Shown here one piece after another: positions 18,871 through 28,853 of a DNA stretch of 60,204 nucleotides. Numbering within the stretch: the first letter of the stretch is position 1; every line of letters begins with the position of its first letter. The notes beneath the pieces were generated by a model. It made no database searches and was not told the origin of the DNA. It was given only the letters and a program-made list of their open reading frames with translations. The DNA comes from Desulfobacteraceae bacterium. GTDB lineage: Bacteria; Desulfobacterota; Desulfobacteria; Desulfobacterales; UBA11574. The stretch spans positions 1 to 60,204 of the forward strand of contig JAUVVL010000001.1 in assembly GCA_030604635.1 (NCBI GenBank), in the 5' to 3' direction. The translations under genes were made by a program, and so were the position numbers.

Positions 18871-20354
18871 TGGCGTTACCAGTACCCAAATTGCTCCACG
18901 CCCTCGCCCTTTTAACTCAATGAGCCCCATACGCTTCAGGTGATAAAGATCGTCACGAACCGTTGCCGAAGCGGGTGGTGAAGTAAGTCTTTTCATAATA
19001 TCTCTCAAAGGGAACTTGTCTCCTGATAATATTTGTAAGATTTGCCGTTGCCTTGATGTGAGATCATGGGCTACACGGTTAGGAGCTATGTAGCTGCTTG
19101 GAAGAAAGCGGACACCGACAGCGCCAGCCTGCTCTATAAACTCAGGCTCAGGATGTCCCGCTTTGACACAGAGTTCAACTATCTTTTGAGTTCCTCGACC
19201 CCATTGCTCAAAGAGTCCACGCCTGTAAAAAACTCCTGCAACAAGAGGGTTGCGTGGACGGGAAAGATGGTCTTGCTTGAGATCCTCAACACGCAGTCCA
19301 AAAGGAAGGGTTCCATCGCTCCAAATTTCCAACCGGTCGTCATAAATTGCCAGGCTAATTCCACCACCAGGGTGTGAGTAATCGCGGTGGCAAATGGCAT
19401 TGACCAGAGCTTCTCTAAGGGCTGCTACCGGAAACAGAGGCTCATCTACACGTTCAAATAGTCCAGCCTGAATTCGACCGGCAACCGGAAGGTGGCGTTG
19501 GAGAAACAACATCGCATCATCCAGTAATTTGAATCCATGTCCGTGGATTTGACGATTATCAAGGAACTCTGTTTTATCGATACCTTTAAACCTTGCCATG
19601 CGCAGGTGACATTGCGAATAATAAGGTAAAAAGTTTATGCCGAACAAGACTACAGCGGCATTTAGAATTTCGCCATGAGTACTGAGGCCAAGACGGTCAA
19701 GAACATCTCCAGGGTCTGACCCGGTCGATTCCGGTATAGTCTACCCGTGGAAATGCCAATACGCACTGTACGCAATATCTCTTCCTGATCAAGGCCGGAA
19801 ATATTTTCGTCAACAGCAGTCATGTTTTCCCACCGGTGACGGTCATGCATACGGGCTATCAAGAGCTGCTGATACCGTTCTTGGGGCATAATAGATGTGG
19901 TGCTCCCTAAACGTTGATAAGGCCGCCCATCAAAGCTAAAAGGGTAGACGGACTGATCAAATTTTGCCTCGAAGACAATCAATTTCCGTTCTGAATCAGG
20001 GAGAGAAAGATAAATGGTCTCGATGGCGGCTGGTGGTTCAAAACGCCTAAAAATGGCTGCAATGTCTTGCTGGGTTTTATCGGATACTTGCTGACCTGTA
20101 ATCTTTCTATCCGGAGTAACACCAACAATCACTCTCCCGCCCTTTCCGTTAAGAAAGGCACACAGGGTTTCTGCTGCCCGTTTAATTTGTCCCGTAGACT
20201 TCTTTAACTCCAGGGTTTCTGATTCACCTTTAGTAATAAGACGTTTTATTTCAGCTAAAGTCATAGTGCCTCTTAAACTTACAATTTCTCCACGAAATAC
20301 CTGTTGCACCAGTGATTTTACTCCTGAGTTTATGTCACCAAGTTCGCAAATCAA
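18862..20354 (-). pseudogene. AlbA_2 + HATPase_c_4 + wHTH putative regulator ('RecG-like ATP-binding protein'), split by a single frameshift near 19737
   Basis: N-terminal ORF 19662-20354 (ESETLELKKS...LCAFLNGKGGRVIVGV). C-terminal ORF 18862-19647 (ALREALVNAICHRDYS). The C-terminal frame stays open upstream (STGSDPGDVLDRLGLSTHGEILNAAVVLFG) into the N-terminal ORF. Confidence 0.75.
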
Positions 20355-20463
20355 TTCCTACGGATAAAAACTCCCGTGCAAAATGCGTAACAACCTCCGC
20401 CCAATCCCACCCCCAAAATGCCAACATTCCATGGATATCTCGGATTTCACCCTCTAACATGAG

Positions 20464-20670
20464 TCAAGAGCAGACCTGACCCCCTGCCCTATTCCGAAGA
20501 ATCTTGAGTTTCTGAAGCGATTGATGAGCGAACAATTCCTGCTTGCCCTGCGCTTTACTCAAATCGGCAATATACCAACTGGTAATGGTGGGGATTGTGG
20601 ATGGTTCCGCAGAAAATTGTCGCAATGTCATCATAATGGTTTCTTTCCGTTTATTCTTTATAACAATCAA
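20464..20670 (-). pseudogene. Fic-family N-terminal stub (copy 2)
   Basis: MMTLRQFSAEPSTIPTITSWYIADLSKAQGKQELFAHQSLQKLKILR, then unrelated sequence. Confidence 0.65.
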
Positions 20671-20820
20671 CCATGGATGCTTCGACTTTGTCGAATCGCT
20701 TCAACAGACAAAAATCCAGGATAAAGTCTGAGCTTTCTAATTCTACCGGCTGTCCCCTGGATTAGCTCGGTGGATTGTAAAATGTCGGAAAATTTAAGCT
20801 CAACATTTCTTTGGATTTGC

Positions 20821-21105
20821 TTATAATGTTTTGATATCATTCTCTATCTCTTTTATTTCCGCTTCAATATTTTTAAGCTCGATCAAATCTTCCCATCCAG
20901 GATGTTCCGGCGCCTTTCCTTCAGTGATTTTCTGATTTAATTCATCCGCGGTGGTCGCCTGATATCTGGACAAAATTTCAAAACGTTCGATCTGAAGCAA
21001 TCGCTGTTTTTCTTTAAGGTTCATTATCACACCTGCCCGGATAAACTCTTCAGCAGATTCAGAATACTTTTCAGATATTTTTTCTAAATCGGTGAGTGTG
21101 CTCAT
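20821..21105 (-). CDS. Small hypothetical protein
   Basis: 94-aa acidic helical ORF with no recognisable family. Confidence 0.35.
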   Translation of the reverse strand: MSTLTDLEKISEKYSESAEEFIRAGVIMNLKEKQRLLQIERFEILSRYQATTADELNQKITEGKAPEHPGWEDLIELKNIEAEIKEIENDIKTL

Positions 21106-21319
21106 AAAACCTCCTATTCCGAATAAACGGAATCAAAACATAATTCATTTTTTTCAGGGCGGACCGCAGCCTGGGTACCAACAACACGTCGCGGAAGCTC
21201 TCCCTCTCCGTCAAATACGGCACATCAATATCACCCTCAATATGTTCCCAGCCCATCTTCTTTAACTGCTCGATAAAGGGAACTTCTACATAGGTTGTTT
21301 CATCAGGTGATTGTGCCAT
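21071..21319 (-). pseudogene. Type I restriction HsdR N-terminal stub (copy 2)
   Basis: MAQSPDETTYVEVPFIEQLKKMGWEHIEGDIDVPYLTERESFRDVLL. A third start-less remnant (IAQSPDEKTYVEIPFIEY) lies at ~21975-22040. Confidence 0.65.
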
Positions 21320-21424
21320 CTGTTTCCTTTTTTGGAGGGCTTTTGTGGGGGCTTTTATGAATCTTTTTCTTCTTTAATTGTCAAACGGTTCACAAGATCA
21401 TCCTGAGGTACAATCCTGCTTTTC

Positions 21425-21622
21425 TCACCTCACCCACATGGCTTTTAAGAGTCCCTTGAATGCCTTATCATCGTAAGCTGAGATTTCTTTCCAAACAGCC
21501 TCAGGTACAACAATTTTTTTAAAAAGACCGGGCAGAATAAATTCCAGCTCGGACTTAAACAGCACGATCAACGGCGAAGCATTGAGCACGATCCCATCCT
21601 GCATTGGCAGATTATTTGACAT
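21425..21622 (-). pseudogene. Truncated PIN-like (DUF3368-type) toxin fragment
   Basis: 65 aa (VLNASPLIVLFKSELEFILPGLFKKIVVPEAVWKEI), far shorter than a full domain. Overlaps the upstream UPF0175 gene. Confidence 0.5.
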
Positions 21623-21869
21623 TTTCTACCTCTTTGCGGACATCTTTGGCTGTATATTGAAAAGGAGAAACTCCAAGTCGAGATATTGCCAAAAGGAAAT
21701 CCAAACGGTTCAACCCGGCAACTTCTGCTGCCTTCTCCTGGGAAACAAGTCCCAGTTCATACCACTTGGCTGCTGCCAGCAAGCGTATTTCACTGGCAAA
21801 TTCCTGCGGGCTTTTTTGAAGTGCAGGCAGCAAACTCTCATTAAACTCCATCATTACTTTGAATTTCAT
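21612..21869 (-). CDS. UPF0175-family antitoxin-like protein
   Basis: The 85 aa starting at MKFKVMMEF include AAAKWYELGLVSQEKAAEVAGLNRLDFLLAISRLGVSPF. Confidence 0.65.
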   Translation of the reverse strand: MKFKVMMEFNESLLPALQKSPQEFASEIRLLAAAKWYELGLVSQEKAAEVAGLNRLDFLLAISRLGVSPFQYTAKDVRKEVENVK

Positions 21870-22061
21870 TTTCCTGTCTCCAAATATTAAATTCTGGATG
21901 ATAATATTTCTGTCAAAACATTCATACTGTATACTTATACCATACAATCGTATGGTTATGCAATACAAGTAGATTAAAGTTCTCCACCAAATACTCGATA
22001 AAAGGGATCTCCACATATGTCTTTTCATCAGGTGATTGTGCAATACAACTTGTTACCCTCT

Positions 22062-22382
22062 CTATTCCCCCTTTTTAAGGGTATTACCCTTTTCAGCCAA
22101 GGTGTCACGGTAGCCCCGGACCTCCTCTTCATTCCGGTCCTTCAAAAGCGTCTTTCCAAAAACAATAGTTCTGATCCGGGACTGGTCAACATTTATACCT
22201 TCAATGCGGTTTGAAGAAACGGCGCTTTCAATCAAGGCATGTTCGCGAAGAATCTTGAGTTTCTGAGGCGATTGATGAGTGAACAATTCCTGTTTGCCCT
22301 GTGCTTTACTCAAATCGGCAATATACCAAAAATCCCCGCACCCGTTCAATTTGGACGGTGATTTTACTCTTTTGTCAACCAA
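22062..22382 (-). pseudogene. Fic-family N-terminal stub (copy 3, lacks its own start region)
   Basis: YIADLSKAQGKQELFTHQSPQKLKILREHALIESAVSSNRIEGINVDQSRIRTIVFG...EEEVRGYRD. No Fic HxFxxGNGR core. Confidence 0.65.
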
Positions 22383-24168
22383 CCGGCAGATGCCTTGCTT
22401 TCATATCCCGCCACAGGTTTCGGCGTCGATTGTGTTTTTTACGCCAGTGAGTTATCAAAACGCTGTATTCGTCTCTGTTGAGTTCAAATAACGCCTGAGC
22501 CCACCGGGCATATTCCTCATAATTCGATTTATGAGCATTGGCAGGATCAGGAACAACAAGCCGTAGTTGCTTTTGCCAGACTTCCAGGGCGGTTTCAAGG
22601 TATGGACCGGCTTCCATTTCCCGCAAACCCTTACACCGAGAGGCGGTTATATCTCCCCTGGAATCACCTTCAGGAAGAACGGTTTCCCAAAAAGAAGGAT
22701 GTTTTGCTTTGATCTTTTCACTCTGGGGAAGATCTCTGGTTAATAAGGCCAGCCAGTGCCACTGTTTTTTCACCGCTTTTGTATTGTCTTTTAGATCAGA
22801 GAGCCACTCAGTGAGCTTGTTTAAAAACCATCTTTTATCTTGCTTGACATCTAATATGGCGTCAATCAACCAGTGAATCCAAGTGTCAGTAACTTTACGT
22901 GAGTCCATAAAATAAGGGTAGCTTCGAGCCGCCATTTCATTTTTCCACTGGACAAAAAGCGGAGCAAACGTCCCTTGAGTATCCGGTTTGGATAGACTTC
23001 GGTACGCCTTCAGGACCGTATCCCAATTTTCCGGCGTATGAAATGCCACGGCCTGTAATACGGCGGCGGCGCTGCGGCCCGGATGGTTCAGCCGCTTCGC
23101 AACATCAGCCCAACTTGTTAATAATGAAGCAATCTCTTCATCACCCTTATTAACAAAGGACCTTTTCTCTATAAGGAGCAAAGAAGTCTCCGGGCACCAC
23201 CTTTTTCCCCCATGCCCTTCCAAATAACTTGCGAATGTTTTGACAAGGAAAGATTCAGCCTTTTGAAAATCGTTTTGCTTCAAGGCCTCATCAACAAGCG
23301 GCCGGCCGTATCGCCAGTTTTTGACGAGGTGTTTTCGGCAGGATTCAAGGTATTTGCCTGCATCAAACCGTTCTTCATAATTGTGGTTGATGTGGTGCCA
23401 GGCCGAATAGGTGTTGTTCAAATCCAGATCATGATCGCCCTCTTTTAGAAACTCATAAATCTCCCGGCAGACACCATCACGGAGCCGGATAAAAAAAACA
23501 ATCAATGCGTCTTTATCCAGTTCCACCATTTCAAAGGCGTTTTCAAGATCAAAAGTCTTTTCCGCAAAGGTTTGGCCGGGATCTCTTTCGTGCCGCGACG
23601 ATAACCACAGCCACTTCAAAACGCATTGCGTCAATTTTTCTTCCAGAACGCACGGTTCCCCATGGTCAGCGCCCATCCATTCGGGATATGAGCCAATTTG
23701 GTCATCAATTTCCTCCAGAGCCTTCAAAAACAGATACGGATCATCCACTTCATCATAGACATCCTCCATCAGCGTCAACATATCTTCCGCGACAGGTTCC
23801 AGATCCCTGGCAAGGCTCCAGCCATCAAAATACGGCTCTTCCCAGTGATGGTCCTGAACCGCATATTTACCTTCCTCATCACCTACTTCACTTATGATGC
23901 CATCATAGTTGCCCCATAGTGAAAACCAGTACTCCATTGTTCGTTGAAGGGACGTCAATCGCCTGGTTTTACCTCTGCTTGCTGAATCCTTATCTGCGGC
24001 CAGAATTTTTTTCACAGTCATCGCCATGTCCGGGTCGATTTTTTCGAACTTCTCCATGTAGATGTTCAAATCGGTTGAAGCTGACACTACTGTAAGCAAG
24101 CCGGCGATCTGCTCCAAGGTCAATGATTTCATCAACCTCTGTCCGATACTATACTTTCTTTTCGTCAT
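22375..24168 (-). CDS. Large helical hypothetical protein
   Basis: 597-aa uninterrupted ORF with no motif I recognise. Confidence 0.6.
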   Translation of the reverse strand: MTKRKYSIGQRLMKSLTLEQIAGLLTVVSASTDLNIYMEKFEKIDPDMAMTVKKILAADKDSASRGKTRRLTSLQRTMEYWFSLWGNYDGIISEVGDEEGKYAVQDHHWEEPYFDGWSLARDLEPVAEDMLTLMEDVYDEVDDPYLFLKALEEIDDQIGSYPEWMGADHGEPCVLEEKLTQCVLKWLWLSSRHERDPGQTFAEKTFDLENAFEMVELDKDALIVFFIRLRDGVCREIYEFLKEGDHDLDLNNTYSAWHHINHNYEERFDAGKYLESCRKHLVKNWRYGRPLVDEALKQNDFQKAESFLVKTFASYLEGHGGKRWCPETSLLLIEKRSFVNKGDEEIASLLTSWADVAKRLNHPGRSAAAVLQAVAFHTPENWDTVLKAYRSLSKPDTQGTFAPLFVQWKNEMAARSYPYFMDSRKVTDTWIHWLIDAILDVKQDKRWFLNKLTEWLSDLKDNTKAVKKQWHWLALLTRDLPQSEKIKAKHPSFWETVLPEGDSRGDITASRCKGLREMEAGPYLETALEVWQKQLRLVVPDPANAHKSNYEEYARWAQALFELNRDEYSVLITHWRKKHNRRRNLWRDMKARHLPVG

Positions 24169-24286
24169 TTCTCTTCACATGCTTCCTTCCCAATTTCATA
24201 ATCCGGACATGCCAGACCCCATTGAATTTTCCAATTAAAACGATCTCCGGAATGTATAGACAAGGATAAGAGGACATCCTTTACTT

Positions 24287-25546
24287 TTATACTTTCTTTG
24301 AAAGCTTGTATAGATGTTCATGCAAGCCAAGTTCAGGACCGAGAATCCTGGTGACAAACCGATCACCGTAGACCTCGCCCGCGACCAGCTTGCGGACTCG
24401 CTCAATGGTTTCGGACTTGCGCTCCGCATTCTCGGCGGCTTTCATGGTGTGGTTGTAAGCCGCCCATACATCCATGCCGGTGATGTCGTAACCGTACCCC
24501 TTAACCAGCCACCGAAGCGCAGCCATACCGGCCTCGACAGCAAATATTGGCTCTGTCGTCTCCATGTCCCTCGCAGCCCGGGTGAGTGTTTTGGGATCGC
24601 AGGGCGTTCGGTTGGCCAGTTCGATTGCGTCGCTGTAAAGCCCCGCCGATTTCGCTGCTGCAAACCACTTGCCTTCATCACACGGAGTACTGGCTACGAG
24701 ATCACGCAGGATATCGCTTGCCTCCTTGTGTGGGTATTTCCTGGCGATGGTGCGAAACGTCGCAAGGTAGGTCATCTTCTGATTGGCCTCGATGGCGTAG
24801 CGGTTATAGGCTTCTTCGGCCATACCGCTTGACAGCAGGATCTCTTCGCAGGCGATGGCAATGGCGATGGGGCTGTCGTTCAGCCCACGGGAGTCCTCAG
24901 CATAACGAATCGCTTCGGCCTTCTTGCCCATGGCGGCCAGTGCTTTCACGCCCCACTCTCGATCATGCCATAATTTGTAAGGCGCGAGTTCGAGCAATTC
25001 CAGGATTTCGTCATTCCGCCCGGCCTTGAGCAATGCGCTCAAACAGGCGGTTGTGCCCTTGAAATAGCCGCGCAGCTCCGGATTCGGACCCCAGACCATC
25101 CGCACCGTTTCGATAAACTCATCCACCCAGCGTGAAGCCCGCTCAGCAGTGACGCAGAGCTCTCCCCAGTAATCCGGCAGAAGCTCAATGTAGGGCATCT
25201 CGTCCTCCTCCACCGCCCGCCAGAGACGTTCCATCCACTTGTCGCGCAATACGTCGTCGGCCGGAGCCCCGGCGATGATGGGTACAAGGGTTTTTATGGC
25301 GTTGTTGACCGCCGTCCCGATGGCGCCCGACGAGCTGTCCACCTGCTCAATTGCAAGGGACAGTTTTTCTAAAAGTAACACGGCACCTTCAGCGCCCAAT
25401 ATCGGATCTTTGCGGGCCGCCTTTTTGATTTCCGACACAGCCTCCTTGATTCGCTTTATCGCAGGCTGCGAACGCCACCCAAAAGCATTTCGCCTGAAGC
25501 GGGCGCGGAAGGTCCACTTGTGGGAAGGATGAATTTTTGATTTCAT
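24287..25546 (-). CDS. Helical-repeat hypothetical protein in a GC-rich segment
   Basis: 419-aa ORF. Composition is visibly more G+C-rich than the neighbours, which produces many spurious antisense ORFs in the track. Confidence 0.6.
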   Translation of the reverse strand: MKSKIHPSHKWTFRARFRRNAFGWRSQPAIKRIKEAVSEIKKAARKDPILGAEGAVLLLEKLSLAIEQVDSSSGAIGTAVNNAIKTLVPIIAGAPADDVLRDKWMERLWRAVEEDEMPYIELLPDYWGELCVTAERASRWVDEFIETVRMVWGPNPELRGYFKGTTACLSALLKAGRNDEILELLELAPYKLWHDREWGVKALAAMGKKAEAIRYAEDSRGLNDSPIAIAIACEEILLSSGMAEEAYNRYAIEANQKMTYLATFRTIARKYPHKEASDILRDLVASTPCDEGKWFAAAKSAGLYSDAIELANRTPCDPKTLTRAARDMETTEPIFAVEAGMAALRWLVKGYGYDITGMDVWAAYNHTMKAAENAERKSETIERVRKLVAGEVYGDRFVTRILGPELGLHEHLYKLSKKV

Positions 25547-25708
25547 TTTTCGTCCCGTTTGTGTTTTGCGTTTTTGGCGCAGGTGACGAGAATGGCGGTC
25601 AGTTCGTCAGCTTCGCTTATGAGGTCGTTCAATCGCTCGGAGGAGAATGTCCCGGCTTCAACGGTCAGTTCCAGCCAGTACAGGGTCTCCTCGAGTTCCT
25701 GCAATCGC
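25543..25708 (-). pseudogene. C-terminal fragment of a four-helix-bundle (23S rRNA IVS / bAvd-like) protein
   Basis: RRLQELEETLYWLELTVEAGTFSSERLNDLISEADELTAILVTCAKNAKHKRDEK. The stop overlaps the ATG of the 419-aa gene (ATGA). In-frame stops lie just upstream. Confidence 0.55.
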
Positions 25709-26140
25709 CTTCAATCTTACTGACAAACCCGATAGTTGAACGACTTCATACAGCTCTTTAAATGTCAATATTTCACCATCGTTAAAATAAAACCCTGTGG
25801 AATTGATAAGGTTATTGACATTTTCCTGGGAGCTTGGCGGCTGCTGTATCTGAAAATTGCGGGAGACATCTTCGAGTATTTTGTAAGGAAACTTCAGCAT
25901 CTTAAAATGCACATCATTACCGGCGCTGTTTTTCATGGTTGTATCACCAATCAGGGTGCATGTCTCCGGTGTGATGATAAAGCAATTGCCCTTAAGTTTG
26001 CCGCGGGACTGCAAAATGATCCCTTTGAGATATTTTTCATCAATCCTGATATTTTTTAAATACTCATCATCCCACACAGGAAGGCTTCCACAGGATCGCC
26101 GTCCTTTTCACCAAAGATTTTATCTGACATGGGGTCAATA
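25658..26140 (-). pseudogene. Frameshifted fragment of an unidentified gene, repeated at 17035-17260
   Basis: MSDKIFGEKDGDPVEAF (one frame) followed by WDDEYLKNIRIDEKYLKGIILQSRGKLKGN (another frame). Family not recognised. Confidence 0.5.
25755..25782. repeat. Solo copy of the RAYT terminal repeat
   Basis: TCTTTAAATGTCAATATTTCACCATCGT is identical to 7431-7458. Confidence 0.85.
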
Positions 26141-26347
26141 GTAGATCCCATTTGCATTCAAGATCAAAAACTATAGCATCGTAACTCATAATACGATCAT
26201 AGGACTCACAATCGTGGTCCGCCCCCGACATCCGTTTGATTTAGATTGTCACCAGCATAGGTCTTCATTCTTCACGTCTCAGCTTTACTTTGTCAAGAAT
26301 GAACGGGCTGACCCCCATGTTTTATCCACCTCGAATATATCTCGCAA

Positions 26348-26920
26348 TTAGAACCTAAGGCGGACGTGATCAATAGAATCCCAGTAATGTGGCTGCACGA
26401 AGTCTTCTATTAGATTCCTCAATTTGTCATAATGTTCAAACCATATCTCTGCATCATTACTATTATTAAAGGTCCATGGTATGTCAGGGCACAAACCGTA
26501 ACACCAACTGTCGTTAATCGTTCTTTCCGTAGCCCACAATTTAATTCCATATTTTTCGGGCTGACTCGCAAATTCTGTTCCCTGGTTCACAGATAATATT
26601 TCCGGTTCAATGGCGTCCACCATAGGCAATACTTTTTCAATTGCTTGTATTTGGTCATCAAGCTGCTTTTCTGTTGCGTCGGGAATAAATAATAATAACC
26701 CCAAAATCACCTTAACATTCTTCGAAAGGTTGATGACGGCGTTGATATTATTTTCTGTATTCACTCCCTTGTTAAGAATACGTAAAACTCCGTCATTTAA
26801 TGATTCAGCCCCGAGAAAAACGTCGGTACATGGCGATTCAGTCAGCAACTCCTCAATCTCTGCAAATATGGTAAAATTTGGTCTATCAGAATTTTGGTGG
26901 TTTTCGTTTGCTTTTTTTTT
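26348..26920 (-). pseudogene. 5'-truncated radical SAM gene (C-terminal two thirds only)
   Basis: IFAEIEELL..VFLGAESLNDGVLRILNKG. No CxxxCxxC cluster region, and the frame closes with a stop at ~26921. Confidence 0.6.
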
Positions 26921-27002
26921 AACTTAAACAGCTAGCGCACCCCCCTTCCCGCGCCGAGACTGCAGGGAGGGCATGCGATCAGTAGCAGTGGTCAACTTTC
27001 CA

Positions 27003-28418
27003 CTATTTGGCAGAGGAAGAAGCAGTCATAGGATAAGGTTTATTTTCGGTCTCTTGCTTATCAATCTGTTGTTGCTGAGTGGTAAAAGTCGTGTGAGTGT
27101 AGTTCGCATCAATGACTTTGGTATGTGCGAGAGGACGACGCACTGACTCCGGCGCTACTCCGGCCTTGAGAGCGTTCATCACACCAACCGCTTCCCAGTA
27201 ATTTTCCACCACAAAAAATTTGCCGGGCGCGAATGGCAATTCTTCGAGATTATTCTTCATTCGATTTTTGTTTTCTTTTACAGCTATAACAGGGATGCCC
27301 TGTTCAAGCGCTGCCAGAGTCGGCAGACCTACGCATCTATCCGGGATGACGAGGCAGGAAATATCTGTGGCAGTCAGAATACCAGAGTTACCATGTGTCG
27401 CAGGATTATTAATAATCCTCGGGCTCTTGTGGAGTCCCTTTAAAATACAATGAAGATAAGTTGTGGATATAGCTTCTGCAGATTTACGGGGGTCGACAAC
27501 ACCTACATCTAAGTTGAGGATTTTACGTGAACCTGCCATTGGAGAGTGGGCTGAAGGGACATCGAACATTAGCGATATTGCATGAGTAAGCATGGCTTCA
27601 ACACCGCCCCATGGATTTACCATATCACCATTTTCATCACGAAAATAATCTAAATGAAAGTTTTCAGGAACTTTGATGTTTGAAGATAATGCAACAGCGT
27701 CATATTGTGAACTATGCTCTTTTAAGATTTCATATAAATATTCAAGATATTCTATCCGCCCGACCGCCCTACCAGAACTAGAATAAAGAGATCGCATTAG
27801 CATTTTGTCATCCATTTTTACTACAAGAGGCAAGTCAAGCCCCATTGCTGCTCTGGCCGCTGATGCAGAATTAATGGCCGCTTCATTGAAGAATGCATCC
27901 GAGTTGTCATCAATAACCAACATGATACGATTCGAGCGTACTTTTTGAAGACCAATCGTCCCCATCATTAAACGTGTAATTACACTACCTTCAACATAGA
28001 GTGTATTTTCCGTTAATTCGTTAATATCGGCTGCGTTGACTACATTGGGATGTGTAATAAGATTGTCGCATGCCGATGCTATAAATCTAGCCAAAGCGCC
28101 GCCATCACCGGAATGTCCTCCAACATCAGCGCCAATACCTGTTGGAACAAGTAAAACTACATTAAATTGATTTACGTCTTCAAAATAACGTTTTTCAAAA
28201 TTGAAAATATGATTTTCGGGTGGAATTTTATATTTACCAAAATCTGAAAGTACTCCTAACTCACAATAATAGTTGTCCCGATCTGTTCGTGTAATGACAA
28301 ACCGAACAGGAATTTTATCTTGCGTCAGTTGATCAGATATTTTGTTTGAAAAGTACTCAAAAGTTTGATTAGCTTCTTTATTCCTTGGAATGGTGATTTC
28401 TTTTTCATTCAGGATCAT
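27003..28418 (-). CDS. DUF3326-like protein with an ~85-aa N-terminal extension
   Basis: 471 aa. LLVPTGIGADVGGHSGDGGALARFIASACDNLITHPNVVNAADINE matches my memory of the DUF3326 signature. Starts 3 nt after the upstream gene. Confidence 0.6.
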   Translation of the reverse strand: MILNEKEITIPRNKEANQTFEYFSNKISDQLTQDKIPVRFVITRTDRDNYYCELGVLSDFGKYKIPPENHIFNFEKRYFEDVNQFNVVLLVPTGIGADVGGHSGDGGALARFIASACDNLITHPNVVNAADINELTENTLYVEGSVITRLMMGTIGLQKVRSNRIMLVIDDNSDAFFNEAAINSASAARAAMGLDLPLVVKMDDKMLMRSLYSSSGRAVGRIEYLEYLYEILKEHSSQYDAVALSSNIKVPENFHLDYFRDENGDMVNPWGGVEAMLTHAISLMFDVPSAHSPMAGSRKILNLDVGVVDPRKSAEAISTTYLHCILKGLHKSPRIINNPATHGNSGILTATDISCLVIPDRCVGLPTLAALEQGIPVIAVKENKNRMKNNLEELPFAPGKFFVVENYWEAVGVMNALKAGVAPESVRRPLAHTKVIDANYTHTTFTTQQQQIDKQETENKPYPMTASSSAK

Positions 28419-28421
28419 TTT

Positions 28422-28793
28422 TTATTTCCTTTCAATCACATGAGAGTTGACAATTTCACCCTTAAACCAATCAGCAGAAAATTTTATTGCAGCATCTGCA
28501 TCGAAATCTTTGCATGAAAATATATTTATATACGCTTTTTTTAACAAGTCTAAAGTGTGAATCGTAATATTGCTCGTCAAGATGAATTGAATGGCAGAAG
28601 TCCCTTTCAAATGTGGTTCAGTCTGGCATTCTTCAGGTGGCAGGCCATGATCATCCCACCAAGACAACTTGCATCGCTCCATATCAATTAAGTCGCACAG
28701 TTTACGAAAATAATCTCTAATATTCTCTCTCGTAAATGTCACTGGGTCGCAATAATGTAGATCCAGGATCAATTCCTTCCCATATGGTTTCAT
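28422..28793 (-). CDS. S-adenosylmethionine decarboxylase-like (type 1 pyruvoyl proenzyme family) protein
   Basis: 123 aa. GKELILDLHYCD, ILTSNITIHT (position of the ES|H self-cleavage motif) and AYINIFSCKDFD (FTC-like). Confidence 0.65.
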   Translation of the reverse strand: MKPYGKELILDLHYCDPVTFTRENIRDYFRKLCDLIDMERCKLSWWDDHGLPPEECQTEPHLKGTSAIQFILTSNITIHTLDLLKKAYINIFSCKDFDADAAIKFSADWFKGEIVNSHVIERK

Positions 28794-28853
28794 ATTATCA
28801 ATACAATCCTATTTTATTCGAAAACAAAAAGTAAGGTGTTTAATAGAAAATCA

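Noticed and set aside
18216-22040. Functional type I restriction-modification system
   Set aside because: Only ~50-85-residue HsdR N-terminal stubs are present. There are no helicase motifs and no HsdM or HsdS genes.
25543-25708. Diversity-generating retroelement, suggested by a bAvd-like four-helix-bundle protein
   Set aside because: It is only a C-terminal stub. There is no reverse transcriptase and no TR/VR repeat pair in the window.
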